Assembly (NCBI GenBank): GCA_030704615.1
Contig: CM060731.1
Span: forward strand, 24,924,001-24,988,000
Source of the DNA: Takakia lepidozioides
Lineage: Eukaryota; Plantae; Bryophyta
Length of the DNA: 64,000 bases
Direction of reading: 5' to 3'
Positions 26,984 through 36,295 of this stretch are shown piece after piece (positions within the stretch are counted from its first letter, which is position 1; each line of letters starts with the position of its first letter). The notes below the pieces were generated by a model. The model was not told where the DNA came from, searched no databases, and saw only the letters and a program-made list of their open reading frames with translations. A program made the translations under genes and the position numbers.

Positions 26984-29389
26984 GTGAGCTTACAGGATGA
27001 AGTGGTGACTGGTTGGACAATCACAGCTGATGAGCAGGTGAGGGAAGTGAATGTGGGAACTAAAGAGGAACCGAGGATGGTGAAAGTAGGAGCTGATTTG
27101 GAGCCGGAATTCTTCGAAGAAGCTAAAAGCTTGTTCATCAAATACAGAGATGTATTTGCTTGGAGCTATGAGGATCTAAAATGGATACCACCTGAAGTCT
27201 GTCAGCATAAGATTGAACTGGAACCAGGGTCAGTACCAATCAAGCATGCGAGGTACAGAATGAATCCCAACTACGCACAGAAGGTTGGAGAAGAGATAAA
27301 GAAGTTGGCTGAGGCTAAGTTTATATACCCAATAGAGTATACAACTTGGTTGTCACCCATTGTTATAGTTCCCAAGAAGAATGGCAAACTAAGAGTATGT
27401 GTGAACTATAAGAAGCTGAATGCTTGTACAAAGAAAGATCCTTTCCATTTGTCATTCACAGAAGCAGTATTAGACACTGTGGCAGGCCATGAGATGTACT
27501 CATTCATGGATGGCTTCAGTGGTTATAATCAAGTGCAAGTGGCAGAAGAAGACCAAGGGAAAACAACTTTCATCACATACTGGGGGGCTTATGCGTACAA
27601 AGTCATGCCCTTTAGACTTTGTAATGCACCAGCGACCTTTCAGAGAGTGATAAGTGAATCTTTTCATGAGTATCTGGATGATTTCATGCAGGTATTCTTG
27701 GATGATTTCAGTGTGTACAGCTCTAAGAATGAGCACTTGCATAAATTGGAGTTATGTTTGGCCAGATGCAGGATGAGAGGTCTGGGCCTGAATCCAGAGA
27801 AGTGTACTTTCTGTGTGAACTCAGGGGTGCTTCTGGGACACATTGTGTGTAAGAAGGGACTCCTTGTGGATCCCAGAAAGACAGAGTCCATTAAAGCCTC
27901 TCCACCACCAGTGAATGTTAAAAGTCTACGGAGATTCCTTGGGCAAACCAGTTATTACAGGAGATTTGTCAAAAGGTATGCACAAATAGCAGCACCATTG
28001 AGCAAACTACTGAAGAAAGATGCAGTGTTTGCCTGGACAGTTGAATGTCAACAGGCGTTTGAGGAACTTACACTGTCAGTAACAACTACACCTGTGCTGA
28101 TTAACCCTCACTGGCATGTAGTATTCCATGTTCACTGCGATGCATCAGGAGAAGCGTTGGGAGCGGTGTTAGCCCAGAATGTTACAGGGAATATAGATTC
28201 ACCTGTGTACTATGCTAGCCGGTTGATGAACAGTGCTGAAAGGAACTATAGCACAACGGAAAGAGAAGCATTGGCAATGATCTATGCAGTGAAGAAATTC
28301 AGGCATTACCTGTTGGGCAAGAAGTTTATGTTCTATGTGGATCACCAGGCTCTGATATACCTGGTAAACAAACCTCTGATAAGCGGAAGAATAGCAAGAT
28401 GGTTGATAATCTTGCACGAGTTTGAGTTCGAGGTTGTTTACAAGCCTGGGAGACTGCATCTTGTGGCGGATCATTTGTCACGATTGTCAACAGGAGAACC
28501 AGCCACAGGAATAGATGATCAATTACCAGATGCGAGTCTCTTTGCAGTGGAGGTGCAGGGAAGTGCAGATGACTGGTTAGATTGGCAGTGGCCAATCAGA
28601 TACTACCTTGCTCATGGTCAGTGCCCACCTAGTTATGGTAAGGAGCAGAGGAAGAGAATCGCTATCAAAGCTTTACCTTATACTATGATAGGAAGCAGAA
28701 TGTATAAGTTAGGACCTGATGGAGTACTAAAACGATGCTTGTACCACCATGAAGTAAATAAAGTTTTGGCGGAAGTTCATAAAGGAGTGGCTGGAGGTCA
28801 TTTTGGAGAAGAGACTACCAGTAGGAAGATACTACTCGCAGGATACTGGTGGCCTACTTTGTTCAAAGATGTACACGAGTATTGTCAGAAGTGTGATGAA
28901 TGTCAGAGGCTAGGACCTTTGCAGAGATCTGGAAGGATGGCCTTGCATCCTACAATGCCTACGGAACCATTTCAGAAATGGGGACTAGACTTTGTTGGAC
29001 CAATTAACCCACCATCCAAGAATACACGAAACAGGTACATAATTACAGCCACTGATTATACTACAAAGTGGGTGGAAGCTAAAGCTTTGAGGGACAACAC
29101 AGCCAAGTCCACAGCAAGGTTCCTGTACGAGAACATACTTACACGATTTGGCTGTCCCTTAGAATTTATCAGTGATCAGGGAAGTCACTTCATGAATGAG
29201 ACCATTGAGTTATTGACTAAAGAGTTCATGATTGTGCATAGAAAGAGTACAACATATTACCCACAGGGTAATGGGCAGGCAGAGGCTACCAACAAAATAC
29301 TATGTATTATCTTGGCTAAGATAGTCAATGCAAACAGAACGGGATACAAAGCTGCTGACAGCTTTGTGGTCATACAGGACTTCATATAA
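26984..29389 (+). CDS. pol: Pol of copy A: reverse transcriptase, RNase H, integrase
   Basis: RT motifs SFMDGFSGYNQ and FLDD; RH motifs CDAS, EREALA, DHQAL; integrase HHCC, WGLDFVGP, SDQG, NGQAE. A 4-nt deletion near 29340 relative to copy B shifts the integrase C-terminus into the next ORF. Confidence 0.95.
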   Translation: MSLQDEVVTGWTITADEQVREVNVGTKEEPRMVKVGADLEPEFFEEAKSLFIKYRDVFAWSYEDLKWIPPEVCQHKIELEPGSVPIKHARYRMNPNYAQKVGEEIKKLAEAKFIYPIEYTTWLSPIVIVPKKNGKLRVCVNYKKLNACTKKDPFHLSFTEAVLDTVAGHEMYSFMDGFSGYNQVQVAEEDQGKTTFITYWGAYAYKVMPFRLCNAPATFQRVISESFHEYLDDFMQVFLDDFSVYSSKNEHLHKLELCLARCRMRGLGLNPEKCTFCVNSGVLLGHIVCKKGLLVDPRKTESIKASPPPVNVKSLRRFLGQTSYYRRFVKRYAQIAAPLSKLLKKDAVFAWTVECQQAFEELTLSVTTTPVLINPHWHVVFHVHCDASGEALGAVLAQNVTGNIDSPVYYASRLMNSAERNYSTTEREALAMIYAVKKFRHYLLGKKFMFYVDHQALIYLVNKPLISGRIARWLIILHEFEFEVVYKPGRLHLVADHLSRLSTGEPATGIDDQLPDASLFAVEVQGSADDWLDWQWPIRYYLAHGQCPPSYGKEQRKRIAIKALPYTMIGSRMYKLGPDGVLKRCLYHHEVNKVLAEVHKGVAGGHFGEETTSRKILLAGYWWPTLFKDVHEYCQKCDECQRLGPLQRSGRMALHPTMPTEPFQKWGLDFVGPINPPSKNTRNRYIITATDYTTKWVEAKALRDNTAKSTARFLYENILTRFGCPLEFISDQGSHFMNETIELLTKEFMIVHRKSTTYYPQGNGQAEATNKILCIILAKIVNANRTGYKAADSFVVIQDFI

Positions 29390-32300
29390 AGTCACTACTA
29401 AGTATACACCATTCCAATTAGTTTATGGTATGGAAGCCTTACTTCCAGTGGAATTCCTGTTACCTACAATGAGAACGGAGTGGGGAAAGAGAATGGAATT
29501 GCAAGACTCCATCAAGGTCAGGAAACATGAATTATACCATGTGGAAGAAGTACGTGCTGATGCAGCTGATAATATGACCAGAATTCAGATGAAGCGAAAG
29601 GAACAGTTTGATGAAGGCAAGTTAAAGACTTTTAAGACGGGGGATTTGGTTCTATGGTTGCAGAAGAAAGGAAAGATTCAAGCTTCTAAGCTTAAATCAC
29701 CATGGAAAGGACCTTATGTCATACAAAAGATGTATGATAACAACACCGCCATGTTACAAACCATTAACAAAGAAATGCTGGGAAGAGTCAATGCCAATAA
29801 GTTGAAGGGGTACAGTGGTATCCATGACAAACCCTTGCAGCATGATTTGCATGTTGAACCGCAAGAGCAGTCACGGGCTGCACCAGTGTTACAAACGGAG
29901 TATGGAGCACTTGTCGCTAGGCCGAGCATATATGACCAGGGCGGGCAAAACAAACGTGACACAGCCTATCACAGCCCATCAAGGCAAAGCACAACCTATC
30001 ACAGCCCATCACAACGTGACACAGCCTATCACAGCCCAGCACGGCGCAACACAGCCTATCACAACCTACCACAGCGTGTCACAGCCTATCACAGCTTACC
30101 GCAGTGCATCACAGCCTATCACAGCGTAACACAGTATGACACAGCCTGTCACAGCTCAACACAGCCTACTAGGGTTACACGATCCATAGAATCAGTGACA
30201 GGTGGATGCATAATAACTTCAGGAAAATGGCTGACGGAAGAGAAAACGGAAATTAGTTTAAAAATAGACCTTTGGAGGTCAAGGCGCGACACGCAGCTGA
30301 GAAGGAAGTGCAAGAACAGGTGTCATACAGAAAGAGGACAAGAACGGCCGTCAAAAGGGATGAAAGGCGGGCCCATTAATGAATACGGAAAAAGGGAAAC
30401 GGAACGAACGGCAAGTACAGATAAACGAAATTCTTGTCACATGTGTGATCCTAGTGGACTATCCAGCAGGGAAAGTCCACTAAAGAAAATAAAATCTAAA
30501 ATCCAGTCACAGCGGATACAGCCAATAGAAAAGCAGAGAAAGGATCAAGAAAATGGAGGGAAATTGAGCGCAAGAGGCGGCGTCGTTCTGAGTAACGGGC
30601 GTCTCGACGGGACAGACCATCAATGCTATAGCTTGGAAACTATGGAGGAACTAACAGACTATACGCTCGCAATATTACTTACGCAGTGGCATAGACACGA
30701 AAGGACAGAGCAGAGCTTTTCTCTTGAGCGATGCTTGCAAGCCCCGCAGGCTTACAAGAAATTACCCATAGCTTTCTGCGGCAACCATACGTTTATGCTT
30801 TGTGCACTACAGGCATTCCTGCAGTTGTTACAGCCAAAACAGTTCTGTGAGTCTAAAATGAAGAGAGTGAGAGGAATGGAGGAAATCAGGGTGAAGAGCA
30901 CCACAATTCTGCAGAAACAAACGATTGCTACCCCACAGGCAATACAGATACTGGAGGAGCTGAGATTGCAAGGATTGCAAAGCCTAGATTGGACATTACA
31001 CCATAGACAGTACATGTTACAATTTTTGCAGAACTTTGAGCCAAGGACAGGAACAACAACGGTGAAGGGAGTTGAATTGATGATTACTCCCCTATACCTC
31101 CAGCAATTGTTTCGATTGCCAGCAGGTCAGGTGCATGTGGAGGAACACAGGGCAAGACTGCAAATAGGGGACTTATTCCAAGAAGGGAGTTTATTTAAAA
31201 CTCAGGGTTATGCTTGTACCAAGGCTGTGTACCCAGGGCTAAAAGAGGTAGGCCAGGTATTGAACGTTCTGATTGCCATGAAACAGAACCAACAGTATTT
31301 GAGCAGATCCTTCACGGAGGAAATACTCAAAGGCCTGAAGGGACAAGAGGTACAATGGGCGGACATAATGTACAACGCACTGGTGGAGGAGATGAAAAGA
31401 TTACAAGGTACTACCGCAAAGTCTCCTATCATAGTGTCTGGCCCAATCATTGCTCAAATAATCCTTGATTCTGGCATACTTGATGAGCAAGAAAGAAAGG
31501 AAATGGGAGTGTTTGAGCCAGAAACCACTGCAATGGAAGAGCAAGGCTCTTCACACAGTGAGGGTGGACTAGCAGGGCAACCTGAGACTAAGAGGCAGAG
31601 ACGGGGAAAGACTGTAGTGGCGGATCCACTGGTTTCACGGATTCCGCATGATAATGTTTCCCAAGCTCATGTGCAGGAAGGGGCACAACAGCACAGAGAA
31701 ATGCTATTACTGGAAGCAGGACCTTCAGAGAGGGAGGAGGAAGTTACTTCTGTATCACAACCATCACAGCCAGCTGATCGACTTGTCACAAGGTCACAAG
31801 TTATCCATGCAGCTCAACCAGAAATAATTGATTTGGAAAGAGAAGTGTTAGATATTCCAACTACAGAACAGATAGTGGCAGAAATGGAGAAGGGGGACCT
31901 TCTCTATGAATATTCTGGTCTGGTCAAGGAGACAGAGATCCCAGAGGTGCAACAGTTGCCCAAGGGAAATCCTGAGGTGCATATAATACACACACCTGTG
32001 TCGGAGGTACCACAGGCGGAAGGTCATGACACTGTAGCACCGGTGATAGATGAAGTAGTTCAGGAAGAAAATCCGGTGGGACAATGGCCTGAATGGTTCG
32101 TGAGACATCACACTGTTGAGGATCAGGAGGAACAGCATCAACCTCACCATGATGACCCTCAACAGGCAATGCTGATGAGTTCCATAGGCAGGACACTTAA
32201 TTTGTTGGGGACTTATGTCAAATCCCATGTTCCAACTACCCAATTGACAGCCTTGAGAGAGGAACTCAGGAAGGAGTTCGAGGCTCGACTAGCCACTGAG

Positions 32301-34409
32301 TGTGCAAACAAGGTCGATGAAGAGGTCACTCTCAAGATGCAGCAGGACTTGGGAAATACAGAAGCGGCTTTGCAATTGGCCAAGGAACAATTGATTGAGG
32401 CAGGCCTCGCGCAAGACCAGTTGCACGAAGCACATAAGCAACAGCTCTACCAAATGCAGGTGCAGCATGAAAGCAAGTTGCAAGAAGTGAATGCACTACA
32501 TACGGAGTTGCAGACAGTGCATGACAGGATGGCGATACAATGTGCTACATTCACAACTATGCTTGAACAATCTACAAAAGAAATAAACAGTCAAGCGGAA
32601 AAATGTACGAAGGTAGAAGAGGAGAATGTTGAGCAATTGAAACTCATTGTCGATATGAAGAATACAATCTGTCGCAATGAGGATGCTTTCAAGCAATACA
32701 GGCAGGTTGAAGCTGATCAAGATAAGCACATCGTGGAGTTGCACCAAACGATCATGGCCAATAGAAATGAAATCGCGGTCAATAACAAGGCTTGGAGGGA
32801 AGCTAATAATCTGGCTGCTGCCTATGCGAAGTTGGTTGAACCTCAGGCGAAGCGCATGGAGGCTTTACAACAGCAGTTAGAAGTGTACAAGCTAAGAGAG
32901 GAGCAAACTCTCAGGGGAACCACAAGCAACTTGGTGGATAACAGCCTTATGCAGGTCTGGTTAGCACAAGGGCCAGTAGAGGGCAAAGCACCACGAAAGC
33001 TCACCCAAAGGGAGATGAATGAGCTCAGGCTGCAGGTGCAGAACATTGCCACAACTACTATAGACAATGTCTATAGTAGGATAGCAAAGTTACAAGAGGA
33101 TGTAGACGGACTGCAGACTCAAGTGGAGGACCTCACTTCAAACATCGACAAAAGAGTCTATATCCCTCAGGAACAGCTAATGGCTTCTTATTTACAAGCC
33201 AGAACTTTGGTTTTTCAGTCTTCACAGGAGGTGCAGGAGATGCCAATGATACAAGAGCCAGTACCACCACCACCACAACAAGTCACTGTACCAGTAGCTG
33301 AACCTGTGGTTACTACAACCACACCACAGCCACCACAGCCTGAGGTATGGGGCAATGCTGCTTTTAACCCACCTAAAACTCCAGCTGCAAGGGAGTACAG
33401 TAGGGCTATGATTATGCCCTTCAACCAAATTCCCATCATGTTGGATTTGGCTTGGAAAGAATTTAGTCCTCCGCAGTCATTCGCACATTACTACCAAATC
33501 ATGCGTATTTGGCTGCCAGTGGCAACTAGGACTAAAGTTCTTCCGAACAATCGACATATTGAAGATCATCACTTTGCACAATACTGGCACGAGGCAGGTA
33601 CCATGTTGAGGGAATTGATTGCTTTCCAGGTTGTACATGGACTCATTTATACCAAGACCAAGGAGGTAGCAAGTACTGTCATGGGATGCGGGTTATACTA
33701 CGCTGCTTGTTTTCTAGTACGTTATCACATTGAGCAACAAAAGATGCAAGCACGCTTTCTCAGTTATTCCAGTGGGGACCATTGGGTATTACCTTCGGTG
33801 CCACCTCATATGTACCTATATGACGCAAAAGCTATGATGCAAAAGGATTCTCAAATTCGTTCATGGTTTCAAGCGGCCTGGAACAATTTGTCAAAACAGA
33901 AATTCGGCATTGACGATATATTCTATAAGGGACATGTGGCATGGAAATACTTGCACGCTGCACCAGTAATTGGTACCCCACTCACCTGGACAGACAAGGA
34001 GCTCAGTGTCTACACCAATTTTGCTGTTCAGCGGTTACACCAAGTTGTAAAATATAAACTTCCAGACATGGTAGGACAACATTATATGCCCCAGATGATT
34101 CCACAAAAAGTTCAAAAATTAAAACACCAGAGAGGCGATGAGGATTCTGATACAACTGTTTCTTCACCGAATTCTTTTGACATGGGAGAAGACTATGCAA
34201 TTCAGATGGCGGAGAAGAAGCGACGGGGGTCTCCTATGCCGGAAAGGTTACCTCGATATCAGCCTCCAGAGGGACTCACTTATCCAGGTAGTGACCAACC
34301 ATCTCCGTCAACCAGAGACAGACCTAGGGCTCGTACACACAGTCCGCCAAGAAACTTTCAACGTCAAAAAGGTGCTCACTCACAAAGGTTTGCTAATCGA
34401 AATCAGTAA
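29328..34409 (+). CDS. Integrase C-terminus (GPY) in frame with a repeat linker and a ~1180-aa extra 3' ORF (possible own start 30858)
   Basis: 1693-aa open frame: ...SPWKGPY..., TAYHSP decapeptide repeats, then MKRVRG...FLQNFEPRTGTTTVKGVELMITPLYLQQLFRLP...WADIMYNAL, a long heptad coiled-coil and an aromatic-rich C-terminal domain. Confidence 0.8.
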   Translation: MQTERDTKLLTALWSYRTSYKVTTKYTPFQLVYGMEALLPVEFLLPTMRTEWGKRMELQDSIKVRKHELYHVEEVRADAADNMTRIQMKRKEQFDEGKLKTFKTGDLVLWLQKKGKIQASKLKSPWKGPYVIQKMYDNNTAMLQTINKEMLGRVNANKLKGYSGIHDKPLQHDLHVEPQEQSRAAPVLQTEYGALVARPSIYDQGGQNKRDTAYHSPSRQSTTYHSPSQRDTAYHSPARRNTAYHNLPQRVTAYHSLPQCITAYHSVTQYDTACHSSTQPTRVTRSIESVTGGCIITSGKWLTEEKTEISLKIDLWRSRRDTQLRRKCKNRCHTERGQERPSKGMKGGPINEYGKRETERTASTDKRNSCHMCDPSGLSSRESPLKKIKSKIQSQRIQPIEKQRKDQENGGKLSARGGVVLSNGRLDGTDHQCYSLETMEELTDYTLAILLTQWHRHERTEQSFSLERCLQAPQAYKKLPIAFCGNHTFMLCALQAFLQLLQPKQFCESKMKRVRGMEEIRVKSTTILQKQTIATPQAIQILEELRLQGLQSLDWTLHHRQYMLQFLQNFEPRTGTTTVKGVELMITPLYLQQLFRLPAGQVHVEEHRARLQIGDLFQEGSLFKTQGYACTKAVYPGLKEVGQVLNVLIAMKQNQQYLSRSFTEEILKGLKGQEVQWADIMYNALVEEMKRLQGTTAKSPIIVSGPIIAQIILDSGILDEQERKEMGVFEPETTAMEEQGSSHSEGGLAGQPETKRQRRGKTVVADPLVSRIPHDNVSQAHVQEGAQQHREMLLLEAGPSEREEEVTSVSQPSQPADRLVTRSQVIHAAQPEIIDLEREVLDIPTTEQIVAEMEKGDLLYEYSGLVKETEIPEVQQLPKGNPEVHIIHTPVSEVPQAEGHDTVAPVIDEVVQEENPVGQWPEWFVRHHTVEDQEEQHQPHHDDPQQAMLMSSIGRTLNLLGTYVKSHVPTTQLTALREELRKEFEARLATECANKVDEEVTLKMQQDLGNTEAALQLAKEQLIEAGLAQDQLHEAHKQQLYQMQVQHESKLQEVNALHTELQTVHDRMAIQCATFTTMLEQSTKEINSQAEKCTKVEEENVEQLKLIVDMKNTICRNEDAFKQYRQVEADQDKHIVELHQTIMANRNEIAVNNKAWREANNLAAAYAKLVEPQAKRMEALQQQLEVYKLREEQTLRGTTSNLVDNSLMQVWLAQGPVEGKAPRKLTQREMNELRLQVQNIATTTIDNVYSRIAKLQEDVDGLQTQVEDLTSNIDKRVYIPQEQLMASYLQARTLVFQSSQEVQEMPMIQEPVPPPPQQVTVPVAEPVVTTTTPQPPQPEVWGNAAFNPPKTPAAREYSRAMIMPFNQIPIMLDLAWKEFSPPQSFAHYYQIMRIWLPVATRTKVLPNNRHIEDHHFAQYWHEAGTMLRELIAFQVVHGLIYTKTKEVASTVMGCGLYYAACFLVRYHIEQQKMQARFLSYSSGDHWVLPSVPPHMYLYDAKAMMQKDSQIRSWFQAAWNNLSKQKFGIDDIFYKGHVAWKYLHAAPVIGTPLTWTDKELSVYTNFAVQRLHQVVKYKLPDMVGQHYMPQMIPQKVQKLKHQRGDEDSDTTVSSPNSFDMGEDYAIQMAEKKRRGSPMPERLPRYQPPEGLTYPGSDQPSPSTRDRPRARTHSPPRNFQRQKGAHSQRFANRNQ
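29958..30170 (+). repeat. 30-bp tandem repeat (10-bp CACAGC periodicity), 7 units, copy A
   Basis: acagcctatc-type units start at 29961, 29991, 30021, 30051, 30081, 30111 and 30141. Confidence 0.9.
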
Positions 34410-34447
34410 ACCGTGAGGACACGGCTTTTTGAGGGGGGAAAAGGTAA

Positions 34448-35357
34448 TGTTAGAGGACTGTCTGGGACTTAGACACTTAAACGAGATCTGTAGGGTACCC
34501 TTAATTTTTGCACAGACTGAGACCAACAGGAGCCTTAGGGGTGACAGCAGCGCACTGTAGAGGAGGGTTACACAGCCCGTTACAGTCGTCACAGCAGACA
34601 CAGCCCGTCACAGTCGTCACAGCCGACACACCCATCACAGCCGACACAGCCACACAGCCAAACACAGTCGCACAGCCAGTCACAGCCCGTCACAGTTTCA
34701 CACAGCCAGTCACAGCTTGACACAGCTGTCACGATCATAGGGAACGGAGAGCAGGACAGGGAACGACTATGGGGAACAACACCTGCGAAGGGAACATGTT
34801 AGTTCACAGACGACGGTTAGTGAGGGAAACGGTTAGAACCACGGATAGGAAGATAAAGAGAGAAGCGGGGAATTTTGGGAATATCATTCGGTGGAGGACT
34901 TCTTGGTCATGGAGGAGAGGGGATCGGGCAGAGATTAAGAACGGAAGTGAAGATAGAGAGATGATGAGTAGATGCTTGTTATATGCAAGGCTGTAATGAT
35001 ATTGTAGAGTAGATTAGAGACACAATGACTTCGGTCTGATACCTGTTAAATCATAATCGGATACTTTTACGATACAATCACACTGTGTAGAGAGATCTGA
35101 GTGAAGCTGTGGAATGAATGGATGAGTTGATGGAATCCAATAGATTGATAAAGCAAACTGATACTTAATTATCAATGGTAAGGTAGCTAACATGAATGCC
35201 AAAAGGGAAACAAATAGGAAACACCCCCATGATACACTAGCTGTAGGTCATGACTGATTGTTCTGCGCGGGCTGAGTACTTAGAGATTTCCAACTCTTCT
35301 ATCTTGGAGTTTCCGCCTCGAATAGCGAAGGGATGGGTGAGTAAATGCCGCGCGACA
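34448..35357 (+). repeat. 3' LTR of copy A (910 bp)
   Basis: TGTTAGAGG...GCGCGACA, directly after the PPT; homologous to 41825-42762 and 54057-55029. Confidence 0.93.
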
Positions 35358-36295
35358 GCTGTGGCCTTTGGGGCTGTGACCCTGTGACCTTTGTAGGGCT
35401 GTGACAGGTTGTGCCTGTGGCCTTCGGGGTTGTGATGGGCTGTGATAGGCTGGGGCCTGTGGGGCTGTGACCCTGTGACCTGTGTAGGGCTGTGACAGGC
35501 TGTGGCCTGTGTGGGGCTGTGACGGCTGTGACCAGTGATCTGTGTGGGCCTGTGCTGGTCTGTGGTGGCCCATGTTGACCTGTGGACAGCCTGTCCTGAC
35601 TCGTGGAGGTAGTGGTGGACTGCCTAAGGTCTGGCATGTGGTCTTGAAGGCCAAATTTTGAAGCTCGTGGAGGGCGGTTTGAGGAGTATCTTCATGATAT
35701 TCCCATGGTCATGCAAGTGAGGGAAGAGATGAGAAAAAAAGTGTTGGGATGAGGGCATGCTGGGGTTAGGCATTGCTTTAGCTTCTCTTCCTCGTAGTTT
35801 TCCACCCTCGCATTAGGCCAAGACCTTTCCGTAGGTGGAGGCAAGAGTCAGTCCGGGTTTGGGCTGGGGTGTCCTTGCAGGAGCAACACCGTGGAGTTGT
35901 TTTTGGTGTGGGGGAGTTGTCATTTTGATTTCTTGTGTTTGGATCCCCTCCATACCTGCATGCTTGACTGTGCGCCATGTTAGTTTTGTGTGGGCGTTTG
36001 TTTTTATAGGTGATTGGTCCGGATTTGATCACCGGCCAGTCCTAGAGCATGCTGTCGATGGTGAGGCTGGGGTGATGACCAGTCAGACCTTCATTGTTTC
36101 TCTTGTGGTGAGTTGGAGGTGATGACCAGCCAACCATAGGAGTGCTTGCGGTGGATGCAGGTACAGGTGTAGGCTATGTTAGGAACCTAGTATTCCAAAC
36201 CATAAGGCGCAACAGGTTCTCTACCCGGTTACCTTGTGGAGAGGGGGTTAGGGATATGTTCATGACCGGTTGAGTGATAGTTTGTCAACACGGAG

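Larger units (their letters stand above)
26753..35357 (+). mobile_element. Ty3/Gypsy LTR retrotransposon, family 1, copy A (5'-truncated)
   Basis: Similarity to copy B begins abruptly at cagagagtatgactgg (26753). Contains RT-RH-INT, the long 3' ORF, a PPT (34431-34444) and the 3' LTR. Confidence 0.93.

Noticed and set aside
30858-34409. Envelope gene or captured SMC/myosin gene
   Set aside because: No evident signal peptide or transmembrane segment and no Walker motifs; the coiled-coil similarity is generic.
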